Made by a program: the position numbers and the translations under genes. The notes beneath the pieces were generated by a model. The model saw nothing but the letters and a program-made list of their open reading frames with translations, had not been told where the DNA came from and ran no database searches. Shown here piece after piece: positions 26,228 to 41,728 of a stretch of DNA of 64,000 bases. The stretch comes from Vicinamibacterales bacterium (lineage in GTDB: Bacteria > Acidobacteriota > Vicinamibacteria > Vicinamibacterales > UBA2999): contig JBEBFY010000005.1 in assembly GCA_040081715.1 (NCBI GenBank), positions 124,438 through 188,437 on the forward strand. The letters run 5' to 3'. Every line of letters begins with the position of its first letter. The first letter of the stretch is position 1.

Positions 26228-28518
26228 TCCAGCTCTTCGTCTTCAGCCTGGTCGTGTTTCCGCAGCCTTCGGAGGCTCAGGCTCCAGCGTCGCCCGGCGG
26301 CGCGCCAGCCCGGCTTCCGGCCATTCTCGGCCCCGCGCCTCCAGTCGCACCGGAGGTCGTCAACCGCGACGCGCAGGGCAACGCGACGATCCGTGCCACG
26401 CGGCTGACGACACCGATCCGTATCGATGGCAGGCCGGACGAGGCGGTCTACACCCAGGTGCGGGCCGTCTCGGGCCTCGTCCAGAACATTCCGCAGGCGG
26501 GGCAGCCCTCCACCGAGAAGACCGACGTGTGGGTGTTCTTTGACGACACCGCGATCTACGTGTCCGCACGGTGCTGGGACTCGGCTGGTCCGGCCGCGCT
26601 CATCGCCAACGAGATGCGCCGCGACAACGGCCAGATCACCAACAACGACAGCTTTGGCGTGATTCTCGATACCTTCTATGACCGCCGCAACGCCTTCATG
26701 TTCATCACCAACCCCCTGGCGGCGCAGCGCGACATCCAGGTGACCAACGAGGGCAATTCCAACCAGGACTGGAACCCGGTGTGGACGGTGCGGTCCCAGA
26801 CGTTCGACGGCGGGTGGACCACCGAGATGCGCATCCCGTTCAAGTCGATCCGCTACCGGCCCGGCAAGGAACAGATCTGGGGCATCAACTTCCGCCGCGG
26901 GATCAGGCGCAAGAACGAGTACAGCAACCTGACCCCGCTCCCGGCGGCCGATGGATCAGGCGCCTGGATCCGCATGTCGCGGGCGGGCACGCTGGTCGGT
27001 CTGGAGGCGGCCGCCGAGGGCCGCAACCTCGACATCAAACCCTACGCGGTGGGCGGGTTGCGTACGGACAACACCGTCGCGCCCAGGGTGTCCAACGACA
27101 TCGACCGCCAGGCCGGCGTGGACGTCAAGTACGGCCTGACCAAGAGCCTGACGCTCGACGTGAGCGTCAACACCGACTTTGCGCAAGTGGAGGTCGATGA
27201 GCAGCAGGTGAACCTGACGCGGTTCAATCTCTTCTTCCCAGAGAAGCGCGAATTCTTCCTCGAGGGCCGCGGCATCTTCGAGTTCGGCCGGCCGAACTTC
27301 GCGCGAGGCAGTGTGCCCACCGGCGGCATCGTGCCGGAGCTGTTCTTTACGCGGCAGATCGGCCTGAACCGCGGGCGGGTGATTCCCATCATCGCGGGTG
27401 GGCGCGTGACAGGCCGGGTCGGCGCGACGACGGTCGGCGCTGTGGCCATGCAGACGGACTCGGAGGCGGCTTCCGGCACGCCGAGGACCACCTTCGCGGT
27501 GCTGCGCGCACGGCAGGACATTCTGAACCGGAGCAGCATCGGCGCCATGTTCACGGGCCGTTCCGAGTCGCTGCGCGCCCCCGGACGCGCGAGCACGACT
27601 ATTGGTCTCGACGGGGCCTTCTCGTTTGTGAACTACCTGAACCTCAACGGCTTCTATATGCGATCCGGCACGCCGGGTCTCACAGGGCGGCAGGAGAGCT
27701 ACCAGGCGCGCGGCGAGTGGAACGCGGATCGGTACGGCGTCGAACTGGACCACCTGTTCGTCGGCGACGACTTCAACCCCGAGGTCGGCTTTGTGCAGCG
27801 GCCGGACATCAGACGCACGCTGGCCTCGGCCCGGTTCAGCCCGCGGGTCAAGCGCGTGAAATCCGTCCGGCAGGTCTTCACCGAAGGCACCATCGAGCAC
27901 ATCCAGAACACGGCGGGGCAGCTCATCACGCGCGTGGAGTCGGCGACGTTTTCCACCGAGTTTCACCGCAGCGACCGCGTGTTCGCGAACGCGTCGCGGA
28001 CGCACGATCGGCTGCTGACGCCGTTCCGCCTCGCGGGCGGGCCCGCCATCGCGCCTGGCGAGTACGACTTCTACAACGTCACTGGTGGCTACGGGTTCGG
28101 ATCCCAGCGCAAGGTGTCCGGATCCGTCAGCGCGGGGCGCGGACGCTACTACGACGGCGATCAGAGCACCGTCAGCGTCAGCGGTGGGCGCGTGCAGCTG
28201 TCGCCGCAGTTCTCCCTTGAGCCGAGCCTGGTGCTCAACTGGTTCAGCTTCCCCTCGGTGGACTACACGACGCGCGTCGTCCGCACGCGGCTGAACTACA
28301 CCTTCACGCCGCGCATGTTCGTCAGCGGGCTGGTGCAGTACAACTCGGCGGCCAACAGCGTCAGCAGTAACGTCCGCTGGCGCTGGGAGTACATCCCCGG
28401 CAGCGAGCTCTTTGTCGTCTACACCGACGACAACACGGCCGACATGCCACCCGGGCGGACAGTCCGTCTGCTGAATCGTGGCCTGGTGGTGAAGGTCAAC
28501 CGGCTGCTGCGTTACTGA
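26203..28518 (+). CDS. DUF5916 / CBM9-like domain outer-membrane-associated protein
   Basis: 771 aa with an uncertain TTG start. Signal-like LQLFVFSLVVFPQPSEAQA. RATRLTTPIRIDGRPDEAVYT ... DVWVFFDDTAIYVSARCWDS ... DWNPVWTVRSQTFDGGWTTEMRIPFKSIRY. Beta-rich C-terminal region ending VKVNRLLRY. Confidence 0.55.
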   Translation: MTRTALRALQLFVFSLVVFPQPSEAQAPASPGGAPARLPAILGPAPPVAPEVVNRDAQGNATIRATRLTTPIRIDGRPDEAVYTQVRAVSGLVQNIPQAGQPSTEKTDVWVFFDDTAIYVSARCWDSAGPAALIANEMRRDNGQITNNDSFGVILDTFYDRRNAFMFITNPLAAQRDIQVTNEGNSNQDWNPVWTVRSQTFDGGWTTEMRIPFKSIRYRPGKEQIWGINFRRGIRRKNEYSNLTPLPAADGSGAWIRMSRAGTLVGLEAAAEGRNLDIKPYAVGGLRTDNTVAPRVSNDIDRQAGVDVKYGLTKSLTLDVSVNTDFAQVEVDEQQVNLTRFNLFFPEKREFFLEGRGIFEFGRPNFARGSVPTGGIVPELFFTRQIGLNRGRVIPIIAGGRVTGRVGATTVGAVAMQTDSEAASGTPRTTFAVLRARQDILNRSSIGAMFTGRSESLRAPGRASTTIGLDGAFSFVNYLNLNGFYMRSGTPGLTGRQESYQARGEWNADRYGVELDHLFVGDDFNPEVGFVQRPDIRRTLASARFSPRVKRVKSVRQVFTEGTIEHIQNTAGQLITRVESATFSTEFHRSDRVFANASRTHDRLLTPFRLAGGPAIAPGEYDFYNVTGGYGFGSQRKVSGSVSAGRGRYYDGDQSTVSVSGGRVQLSPQFSLEPSLVLNWFSFPSVDYTTRVVRTRLNYTFTPRMFVSGLVQYNSAANSVSSNVRWRWEYIPGSELFVVYTDDNTADMPPGRTVRLLNRGLVVKVNRLLRY

Positions 28519-28535
28519 GCCGGTCGGAGACCGGC
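28519..28535. terminator. short hairpin between convergent genes
   Basis: GCCGGTC-GGA-GACCGGC, a 7-bp stem with a 3-nt loop. Confidence 0.3.
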
Positions 28536-28542
28536 CGTGATC

Positions 28543-28980
28543 TCACCGGTGCGACGAATAGACGGTCATCTTGCCGGTCTTGTCGAAGGCCATCACGGCG
28601 TAGGGGTTGGTTTTGCCGCCCTGCTCCATCCCCGGCGAGCCGGCCGGCATGCCGGGGACCGCGAGCCCGGCGACCGCGGGGCGCTCGGCCAGGAGCTTCT
28701 TGATGTCGGCGGCGGGCACGTGCCCTTCGATGAGATAGCCGCCGATCGAGCCGGTGTGGCACGACCGCGCTTCTGCGGGGACCTTCGTATCGCGCAGGCG
28801 GGTCGCCGACTCGGTGACGGTGACCGTGAAGCCCGCTTTCCGTAGATGCGCGACCCAATTCATGCAGCAGCCGCAGCCGACGTCGCGGACGACCGTCATG
28901 GCCGTGGGGCTCTGGGCCGGAGCGACGTTGCCCGCGAGAAGGACCGCGAGCACGGCGGCTGCGGAGATGAGCGTCTTCAT
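28543..28980 (-). CDS. DUF411-family periplasmic metal-binding protein
   Basis: Trimmed to MKTLISAAAVLAVLLAGNVAPAQS. DVGCGCCMNWVAHLRKAGFTV ... CHTGSIGGYLIEGHVPAADIKKLL ... GLAVPGMPAGSPGME. Confidence 0.75.
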   Translation of the reverse strand: MKTLISAAAVLAVLLAGNVAPAQSPTAMTVVRDVGCGCCMNWVAHLRKAGFTVTVTESATRLRDTKVPAEARSCHTGSIGGYLIEGHVPAADIKKLLAERPAVAGLAVPGMPAGSPGMEQGGKTNPYAVMAFDKTGKMTVYSSHR

Positions 28981-29014
28981 GGTCGGCACCTCATGGCCCG
29001 TCGAAAGCCTGACG

Positions 29015-29407
29015 TCAGGGCTGGATGTGAAACTCTCGGGACGCGACGGACTGTCCGTCAACGAGGATTTCCACCTGGTAGTCGCCAGTCGGGAACCCGC
29101 CTGGGCTAACAAAAAGAAAGTCCGTGGCCGCCCGGCCCTTGTATGACACCGACTTCGGCGTCTCACTGAGCACACGCCCGGCGTGCCACCAGCGAGCCGT
29201 AATGGTCGACGCCCCGGCTCGATCGGTCAGGACCGCTGAATAAATCGTGTCCGTGGGCTTGAACCGCGTCGCGTGTATCCCCACGGTCCGGTCGACGTTG
29301 AGCGACCGCCCAATCTGCAGGGTGCTGACATGGAGAGGCTGACGACAGCTCCCACTCACGAGGGCAATCAGGGCGAGGGCCGGAAGTGTCCTATATGCGC
29401 GGCGCAT
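29015..29407 (-). CDS. small lipoprotein, function unknown
   Basis: Only the last 130 codons of track ORF 29015..30292 are plausible. MRRAYRTLPALALIALVSGSC (lipobox LVSGSC), then a beta-rich domain. Confidence 0.5.
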   Translation of the reverse strand: MRRAYRTLPALALIALVSGSCRQPLHVSTLQIGRSLNVDRTVGIHATRFKPTDTIYSAVLTDRAGASTITARWWHAGRVLSETPKSVSYKGRAATDFLFVSPGGFPTGDYQVEILVDGQSVASREFHIQP

Positions 29408-29451
29408 AGCCTTAATGTAGCTGATCGGAGGCGAGGAGCAGACCTCTCGCG

Positions 29452-33156
<3,705 letters not shown>

Positions 33157-33167
33157 AGGGGTATCCG

Positions 33168-34151
33168 TTATCTGTGGGCGGCCGCGCGCCGCCCGGAGCG
33201 TCCGGACTGGCGGAGTCCGGTGTCGAGTGCCTTGACGCCCGAGGCCACCAGGACGACGAACGGGTCGCCGGCCAGCCGGGTGCCGACGCTGACGCGGATG
33301 TGGCTGTAGCCGGCCGCGGTCAGCATCTGGGTGAGCGTGCGTTCGGAGAAGCCGAGGTGGGTGTCGCCGAAGCGGTCCCGCACCCATCCCTCGTCGTGCT
33401 CCCGGAGATCCAGGATCAGGATCTGCCCGCCGGGCCGCAGCACGCGCGTCGCTTCACTGATCGTGTCCTCGGGGTCGCGTGCGTGGTGCAGCGCCTGCGA
33501 GAGCATCGCCAGGTCCACGCTGGCGTCCGCCAGCGGCAGGTGGGAGAGGTCGCCCTTCCGCCATTGCGCATTCGTGACGCGCCGGCGCGCCGCGAGGGCG
33601 CGGGCCCGCTCGAGTACTTCGTCCGACCGGTCCACGCCGATGACGCTCCGGGCAAACCGGGCGGCTTCGAGGGTGAGGTAGCCTTCGCCGCACCCGACAT
33701 CCACCACGTCCATCTCGGGCAGGAGGTGGCCAAGCGCCCGCGCCCAGGCGGCCCAGCTGCGGCCGGGCACGAGTTGCCGGGCATCGCCGTGGGTGTCGAA
33801 GTCTTCCTTGCGCAGCCGGAGCACTTCCTGGAGCCGGGCCTCATCCGCCTTGACGGCACGATCGTCCGCCGACGAGGCGAACTGGGCGTCAAGCACGGTC
33901 CAGAGCGACGATGTCTCCCGCGAGCCACTGTCCGCGCGCCGGTAGTACACGAACCCGCCCTCGCGGTCCTCGACGACCAGCCCTGCCTCTTTGAGCAGGC
34001 TGAGGTGTCTCGAGACGCCCGACTGCGCCAGCCCGAGGATGCCGGTCAGCTCACTGACGTTGAACCGGTCGATGGAGAGGACCCGCAGCAGCCGCAGGCG
34101 GGTGCTCTCGCCGAGGAGCTTGAACAGGGCCGACGCACGTTGCACATCCAT
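33168..34151 (-). CDS. ArsR-family HTH fused to a class I SAM-methyltransferase fold (SahR-type architecture), 11 nt upstream of metH
   Basis: Trimmed to the ATG at 34151. [51 protein letters not shown] is an ArsR-type winged [19 protein letters not shown] ... [16 protein letters not shown] ... [11 protein letters not shown] are methyltransferase motifs I, II and III. Confidence 0.8.
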   Translation of the reverse strand: MDVQRASALFKLLGESTRLRLLRVLSIDRFNVSELTGILGLAQSGVSRHLSLLKEAGLVVEDREGGFVYYRRADSGSRETSSLWTVLDAQFASSADDRAVKADEARLQEVLRLRKEDFDTHGDARQLVPGRSWAAWARALGHLLPEMDVVDVGCGEGYLTLEAARFARSVIGVDRSDEVLERARALAARRRVTNAQWRKGDLSHLPLADASVDLAMLSQALHHARDPEDTISEATRVLRPGGQILILDLREHDEGWVRDRFGDTHLGFSERTLTQMLTAAGYSHIRVSVGTRLAGDPFVVLVASGVKALDTGLRQSGRSGRRAAAHR

Positions 34152-34170
34152 GAATCTACATTCATGGATG
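34145..34170. promoter_or_regulatory. 26-bp perfect palindrome (11-bp arms, 4-bp spacer) overlapping the start codon of the ArsR-MTase gene; candidate operator
   Basis: CATCCATGAAT-CTAC-ATTCATGGATG, with the arms checked base by base. Contains TGAA-N6-TTCA. Confidence 0.5.
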
Positions 34171-34461
34171 CCATATGACAAGCAGAGAGGTCTGGCGCGA
34201 AACGATCGGTCGTCACGCGTGCACGAATTCGCGCACGGCGGACGACAGATTCGGGATTTTGCTGTACGCGTGTCGCACCAATTGTGCTCGTTGTGCACAA
34301 AACTCGGGACCGCAGTGCAAGAAGATGGAGCCAGAGACGCACTCGCGGGCTGTTTTCTTGCGGTGTGAGCAGCCAATCGCGCATAATCGATTTGCTGGTT
34401 CGGATATTTCGTCATCACCTCACAACGCGCCGCTTCACGCGAACGAAAGGACAGTTGTCAC

Positions 34462-36642
<2,181 letters not shown>

Positions 36643-36733
36643 GCCCGGGTCGTCCGGGCAGTGGACTGCCGCCTGGTGCGGCGGTCGTCTTCAGGGCCGG
36701 TGTCCCGTGTGGGGGGGGCACCGGCCCTTTCTC
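36643..36733 (+). terminator. two hairpins after glnN, the second followed by a T-tract
   Basis: GCCCGG-GTCGT-CCGGGC at 36643-36659. GGGCCGGTG (36694-36702) pairs with CACCGGCCC (36719-36727), followed by TTTCTC. Confidence 0.55.
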
Positions 36734-36790
36734 GTGTAGGCGGTGAGGGGGCACTGCCCCCTGGATCACGAGGGGGAGTGCTGTACACTC

Positions 36791-39712
36791 ATGGGCTCTA
36801 TGGGACTGCTGGATAGACTCAAGCCACAACCTCGCTGGAAACATGCGGACCCTGCGGTGCGTGCCGCGGCCGCCCTTGAATGCGGTCCCGACGACGGGGA
36901 GGCGCTCCTGGCGCTGGTTCGCGACGATCCGGACGCGCGCGTCCGGCGGACGGCCGTGTCGCGCGTCACCGACCCCGGCCTCCTGACGGAGGTGGCGCGG
37001 ACGGACCCGGACGACGAGGTGAAGGCGGAGGCCGTCCGCAGCCTGGCGGGGCTCGCGGCGGAGGCCACGGACGTGGAGTCGGCGGCGGCCGTCATCCGTG
37101 CCCTGGGCGAACTGGGCCGCACGCGTGAGTTGACGACGATTGCCAGGCAGGCCTATCTGGTGGCGGCGCGCCTCGTGGCAGTCGACCTGCTGCAGGACCA
37201 GAAGTCCCTCAGCTCGGTCAGTCGCCATGCCGAGGATTCGGTGACACGCCTGCGCGCGCTGGACCGGCTTGAGGATGCCGCCGAGGTGTTGAACGTGGCA
37301 ACCAAGGCGGAGTTCACGGATGTGGCGCTGGCGGCGCTGGAACGGATCCAGGACGTGGACGCGCTGACCGGCGTGGCCCAGCGGGCCCGGAGTAAGGTCG
37401 CCGCCCGCCGGGCACGCACACGCCTGCGCGCGATTGAAGAGGCCGCCCGGCCGGTGCCGCCCGTCGTGGAGGCCCCGATGTCGTCGGCGGACTTCGCACG
37501 AGGGCAGGAGATTGTGGCCCGCGTTGAGGCCGCCGTGGCGATGTCCGATCTCTCCGAGGCCGAGGCCGCGCTGGCGGCCGGCCGCCTCGCGTGGGCGGAA
37601 CTGCAGGCGGATACGAACACCGACGCAGCGCTCGCGTTTGCCTTCGACACAGCTGTCGAGGCGGCGGGTGAAGCGATGGCCGAGCGGCAGCGGGAACGCC
37701 AGGTCGCGCAGGAGCGCGCACAGGCGGTGGCCCGTGAGCAGGCCGATCGTGTGGCCATCTGCGACGAGATCGAACAGCTCGATGGAGAGAGCTCGGCCGA
37801 CCGTGTCGCGGAGCTGCGTGCGCGGTGGGATAGCCTGCCGCCAATCCCGGCGGAGTTCGCGGCGTCACTGACGCGACGGTTCCAGGATGTGAGCCGCGCC
37901 TATGAGGCGCGCGCGCGTCGGCGCACGCTGTCGGCGGCCGCGCGGGTGCGGCTGGAGACACTGGCCTCCGAACTGGAGACGCTGGCGGCCCCCGATCACT
38001 CCGTGGACGAGTCCGTGGCGCGCTGGCGGGGCCTTCGCCGTGACGCCGAGATGCTGCAGGAGTTCAGCGAGGCGAATCCGGGAGCTGCCGGGCGGATGGC
38101 CGCGGCCATCGCGGTCCTGGAAGGGCGCGAGCAGGAACTGCAGGAGCGCCGCGGAAAGCAGGAGCAGGAAGTCCTCCGCCGGGTACAGCAGATCTGCAAG
38201 CACGTCGAATCCGTCGCGGCTGCCGAGACCCTGACCCTCAAGGCCGGCGACAAGGCGCTGCGCGAGATCCGTGACATCCTCGAGGAAAAGCTGCCGCTGC
38301 CGTCCAAGAAGGACCGGCAGGAGCTCACCACCCGGCTGGAGGCTGCCCGGACGAAGCTCGGCCCGCGGGTGCAGGAACTCCGCGATGCCGACGACTGGCA
38401 GCGCTTCGCGAACGTGCAGGTGCAGGAAGATCTCTGCGCGGCGATGGAGGCCCTGAAGGAGACCACCGATCTGGAGGACGCCGCTCGGAAGATGCGCGAC
38501 CTGCAGGCCCGCTGGAAGTCGGTGGCGGCCGCCCCGCGCGCCCAGGGTGAAGCCCTGTGGCGCCGTTTCAAGATCGCGCAGGACGCGGTCTTTGCCCGGT
38601 GTCAGGAGCACTTCGCGGCGCAGGCCGTGCAACGCACCGAGACCCTGGCCAGAAAGCTCGCCCTGATCGAGCGGGTCGAGGCCCTGGCCGGCTCGTCCGA
38701 TTGGGTGAAGACGGCGGTCGAGATCCAGAAGCTCCAGGTGGAGTGGAAGGCTCTCGGTGCCGTGCCCCGCGGACAGGAGAAGGCGACCTGGGAACGGTTC
38801 CGGTCCTCATGCGACACGTTCTTCTCGCGGCGTCAGGAAGACCTGAAGCAGAAGAAGGATGAGTGGGCCGGAAATCTGGCGAAGAAGGAAGCCCTCTGCG
38901 ACCAGGCCGAGGCGCTGGCCGAATCGTCCGACTGGGAGGTGGCCAGCGGCGCGTTGAAGCGGTTGCAGGCGGAATGGAAGACCACCGGTCCCGTGCGCAA
39001 GGTCAAGTCCGAGGTGATCTGGAACCGGTTCCGGTCCGCGTGCGACCGTTTCTTTGACCGGTACAAGCATCGCGACCAGGCGGATCTGCAGGCGCGGCTC
39101 GATGAGCGCGAGACGATCGTGCGGGAGATCGAGGCGCTGCTGCCGGCTGAAGGAGCGGCGGCGGGCGAGGCCCCAGCCGATCTCTACGCGACGATTCAGA
39201 CCGCAAGGGCGCGCTGGCAGCAGGCACCCGAGGTGCCCCGGTCCCTGGTGGTCGCGGTGAGCGACCGGTTTGCGGCGGCCTTGAATGCGGCCGTGAGCAC
39301 GTGGCCGGGCGCTTTTGGCGGGACCGACCTCGATCCAGAGATGACGCGGGGACGGATGGAGAAGCTCGTGGCGCGCGTGGAGAAGCTGCTGGCCGAGCAG
39401 GCGCCCCGCCCGGCGGCCAACATCTCACCGGCCGAACGCCTGGCCCAGCAGTGGCGCGACAGGCTGGCGGCCAACACAATCGCCGGGGCCACCGGGGGCG
39501 TACCGCCGCGCGAAGACGCGAAGTGGAAGGCCGCGGAGCAGGAGGTGCGGAGCGCCCAGCAGCAGTGGCAGCGTCTGGGCCCCGTGCCCGCGGCGGTGGC
39601 GGCCGAGATGTCCGCACGCTTCGACGCAGTGTGCCGCCGCTTTCTCGATCAGCGCAAGCGCGTGGAGAGCCCGGACCGGCAGCATGCCGGCATGGCGAAG
39701 ACCTCGAGGTAG
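36791..39712 (+). CDS. DUF349 repeat protein with an N-terminal HEAT-like region
   Basis: 973 aa from the ATG at 36791. Repeated units of the form W..F......W...G..P......LW.RF....D.FF (EALWRRFKIAQDAVFARCQEHF, ATWERFRSSCDTFFSRRQEDL, VIWNRFRSACDRFFDRYKH). The N-terminus has DPDARVRRTAVSRVTDP and DPDDEVKAEAVRSLAGL. Confidence 0.7.
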   Translation: MGSMGLLDRLKPQPRWKHADPAVRAAAALECGPDDGEALLALVRDDPDARVRRTAVSRVTDPGLLTEVARTDPDDEVKAEAVRSLAGLAAEATDVESAAAVIRALGELGRTRELTTIARQAYLVAARLVAVDLLQDQKSLSSVSRHAEDSVTRLRALDRLEDAAEVLNVATKAEFTDVALAALERIQDVDALTGVAQRARSKVAARRARTRLRAIEEAARPVPPVVEAPMSSADFARGQEIVARVEAAVAMSDLSEAEAALAAGRLAWAELQADTNTDAALAFAFDTAVEAAGEAMAERQRERQVAQERAQAVAREQADRVAICDEIEQLDGESSADRVAELRARWDSLPPIPAEFAASLTRRFQDVSRAYEARARRRTLSAAARVRLETLASELETLAAPDHSVDESVARWRGLRRDAEMLQEFSEANPGAAGRMAAAIAVLEGREQELQERRGKQEQEVLRRVQQICKHVESVAAAETLTLKAGDKALREIRDILEEKLPLPSKKDRQELTTRLEAARTKLGPRVQELRDADDWQRFANVQVQEDLCAAMEALKETTDLEDAARKMRDLQARWKSVAAAPRAQGEALWRRFKIAQDAVFARCQEHFAAQAVQRTETLARKLALIERVEALAGSSDWVKTAVEIQKLQVEWKALGAVPRGQEKATWERFRSSCDTFFSRRQEDLKQKKDEWAGNLAKKEALCDQAEALAESSDWEVASGALKRLQAEWKTTGPVRKVKSEVIWNRFRSACDRFFDRYKHRDQADLQARLDERETIVREIEALLPAEGAAAGEAPADLYATIQTARARWQQAPEVPRSLVVAVSDRFAAALNAAVSTWPGAFGGTDLDPEMTRGRMEKLVARVEKLLAEQAPRPAANISPAERLAQQWRDRLAANTIAGATGGVPPREDAKWKAAEQEVRSAQQQWQRLGPVPAAVAAEMSARFDAVCRRFLDQRKRVESPDRQHAGMAKTSR

Positions 39713-39721
39713 GGGGACGAG

Positions 39722-41686
39722 CTACCCCTCGAGGTAGGTGTAGCCGTGCAGGCCGTCTTCGTAGAAGCGGAGCAGATTTCCTGCGCCTTCGTAGTCGATG
39801 AGTCCCGCCCGCACGGCTGATTCCACGTCCGTGCGGAGCTTGCCCAGCAGCATCTCCGCGTCGAACTCCACGTAGTCCAGCACCTCGCGCACCGTGTCGC
39901 CCTTGACGAGCGCGTCGAGGCGTGCGCCGCCCTGTTCATCCAGGCTCACGTGCACCGCGTGCGTGTCGCCGAACAAGTTGTGCAGGTCCCCCAGGATTTC
40001 CTGATAGGCGCCCACGAGGAACACACCCAGGTAGTACGGATCATCGCCGGGGGCATGAAGCGGCAGTGTCTTCTTGACGTCGCGCCGGTCCACGAACCGC
40101 TCCATCTTGCCGTCCGAGTCGCACGTGATGTCGCCGAGCACCGCGTGGTTGGCCGGGCGCTCCGTCAGCCGGTGAATCGGCATCACAGGAAAGAGCTGCT
40201 TGATCGCCCAGCTGTCCGGAATGGATTGGAAGAGCGAGAAGTTGCAGAAGTAGGTGTCGGAGAGCTGCTCGTCGAGGCTCTGCAGATCCTCTGGCACTTC
40301 CTCCATCGTCTGGACGAGCTTCTGCAGCTTCGTGCAGATGGCCCAGAAGAGGTTCTCGGCCATGCAGCGCTGTTCGAGCGTGAGGTAGCCGCCGCTGAAC
40401 AGGCCCAGCGCCATCTCGAGCGCCTGCTGTGCATCGTGGTAGGCCTCGAGCGCATTGCGTGCCGTGACGGCGTTGTAGGTCTCGATCAGATCCACGACCG
40501 GCTGTTCCATGTCCGGCGTGGCCACCTGCGGAACGCTTTCCGCGCCGAAGCCCGACACGCCAAGAACGTTGAACACCAGCACCGAGTGGTAGGCCACGAC
40601 CGCGCGGCCGCTCTCCGAGACGATGGTCGGATGGGGGACGCCCACTTCATCGCACGCCGTCTGGATGTGATAGACGATGTCGTTGGCGTACTCCTCGAGC
40701 GTGTAGTTCATGCTCGACTCGAAGTTGGTCTGGGAACCGTCGTAGTCCACGCCCAGGCCGCCGCCCACGTCGATGTACTCGAGGCCCGCCCCAAGCTTGG
40801 CCAGTTCCGTGTAGACGCGCGCCCCTTCGTTCAGCGCGGCCTTCACGATGCGGATGTTCGTGATCTGGCTGCCGAGGTGGAAGTGGAGGAGCTTGAGGCA
40901 GTCCTCCATGCCGCGCGACTTGAGCTCATCGAGGCCACGCACGATTTCGGTGACCGTGAGCCCGAACTTGGATCGGAAGCCTCCGGATCCCTGCCAGCGG
41001 CCGCTGCCACGCGAGGCCAGCTTGACGCGCATCCCGATCTTCGGCCGCACGCCGATCTTCTCGGCGTACTCGAGGATGAGGCCGAGTTCCGTGTACTTCT
41101 CGACAACCGGGATGATGTTGCGGCCGATCTTCTGAGCCAGCATCGCCGTCTCGATGAATTCGGCGTCCTTGAATCCGTTACAGATGATCGGCGTGTCGTT
41201 GTCGGCCAGGGCCACGACCGCGAGCAGTTCCGGCTTGGACCCGGCTTCGAGGCCGAAGCCGTAGGGACGCCCGAACTTCAGGACCTCTTCGACGACCTGC
41301 CGCTGCTGGTTGACCTTGATCGGGTACACGCAGCAGTAGCGCCCCTGGTACTGGTTCTGCGCCATGGCCGCCTGGAAGGCGCTGTGAATGTCACCCAGCC
41401 GGTGCTTCAGGATGTCCGTGAACCGGACGAGCACGGGCAGGCTGATACCGCGCAACTGAAGACGGTCGACCAGCTCCTTGATGTCGATGTGCGCCGACGG
41501 GTCCTTGGTTGGGTGCGCCTGGACGTGCCCCGCATCATTGATGGAGAAGTAGCCGTTGCCCCAGCGGGAAATCTCGTAAAGTTCGCTCGCATCGTGCACC
41601 GACCACGCGGCCGTGGAGGTGCTGGGCGCCGGGGCGGGCGCGCCGTTGCCGGACCTGGGCCGTCCCGGTGTCGTGACTGGGCTCAT
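39722..41686 (-). CDS. speA: biosynthetic arginine decarboxylase
   Basis: Trimmed to the ATG at 41686, 654 aa. WSVHDASELYEISRWGNGYFSINDAGHV ... YCCVYPIKVNQQRQVVEEV ... EYIDVGGGLGVDYDGS. Confidence 0.9.
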   Translation of the reverse strand: MSPVTTPGRPRSGNGAPAPAPSTSTAAWSVHDASELYEISRWGNGYFSINDAGHVQAHPTKDPSAHIDIKELVDRLQLRGISLPVLVRFTDILKHRLGDIHSAFQAAMAQNQYQGRYCCVYPIKVNQQRQVVEEVLKFGRPYGFGLEAGSKPELLAVVALADNDTPIICNGFKDAEFIETAMLAQKIGRNIIPVVEKYTELGLILEYAEKIGVRPKIGMRVKLASRGSGRWQGSGGFRSKFGLTVTEIVRGLDELKSRGMEDCLKLLHFHLGSQITNIRIVKAALNEGARVYTELAKLGAGLEYIDVGGGLGVDYDGSQTNFESSMNYTLEEYANDIVYHIQTACDEVGVPHPTIVSESGRAVVAYHSVLVFNVLGVSGFGAESVPQVATPDMEQPVVDLIETYNAVTARNALEAYHDAQQALEMALGLFSGGYLTLEQRCMAENLFWAICTKLQKLVQTMEEVPEDLQSLDEQLSDTYFCNFSLFQSIPDSWAIKQLFPVMPIHRLTERPANHAVLGDITCDSDGKMERFVDRRDVKKTLPLHAPGDDPYYLGVFLVGAYQEILGDLHNLFGDTHAVHVSLDEQGGARLDALVKGDTVREVLDYVEFDAEMLLGKLRTDVESAVRAGLIDYEGAGNLLRFYEDGLHGYTYLEG

Positions 41687-41728
41687 CGCGTTCACATCAT
41701 AGACGGATTCTCGCCGTATGCTGTAGCC

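Noticed and set aside
33157-33167. Cobalamin or SAM riboswitch upstream of metH.
   Set aside because: Only 11 nt separate metH from the upstream regulator gene, which leaves no room for a riboswitch.
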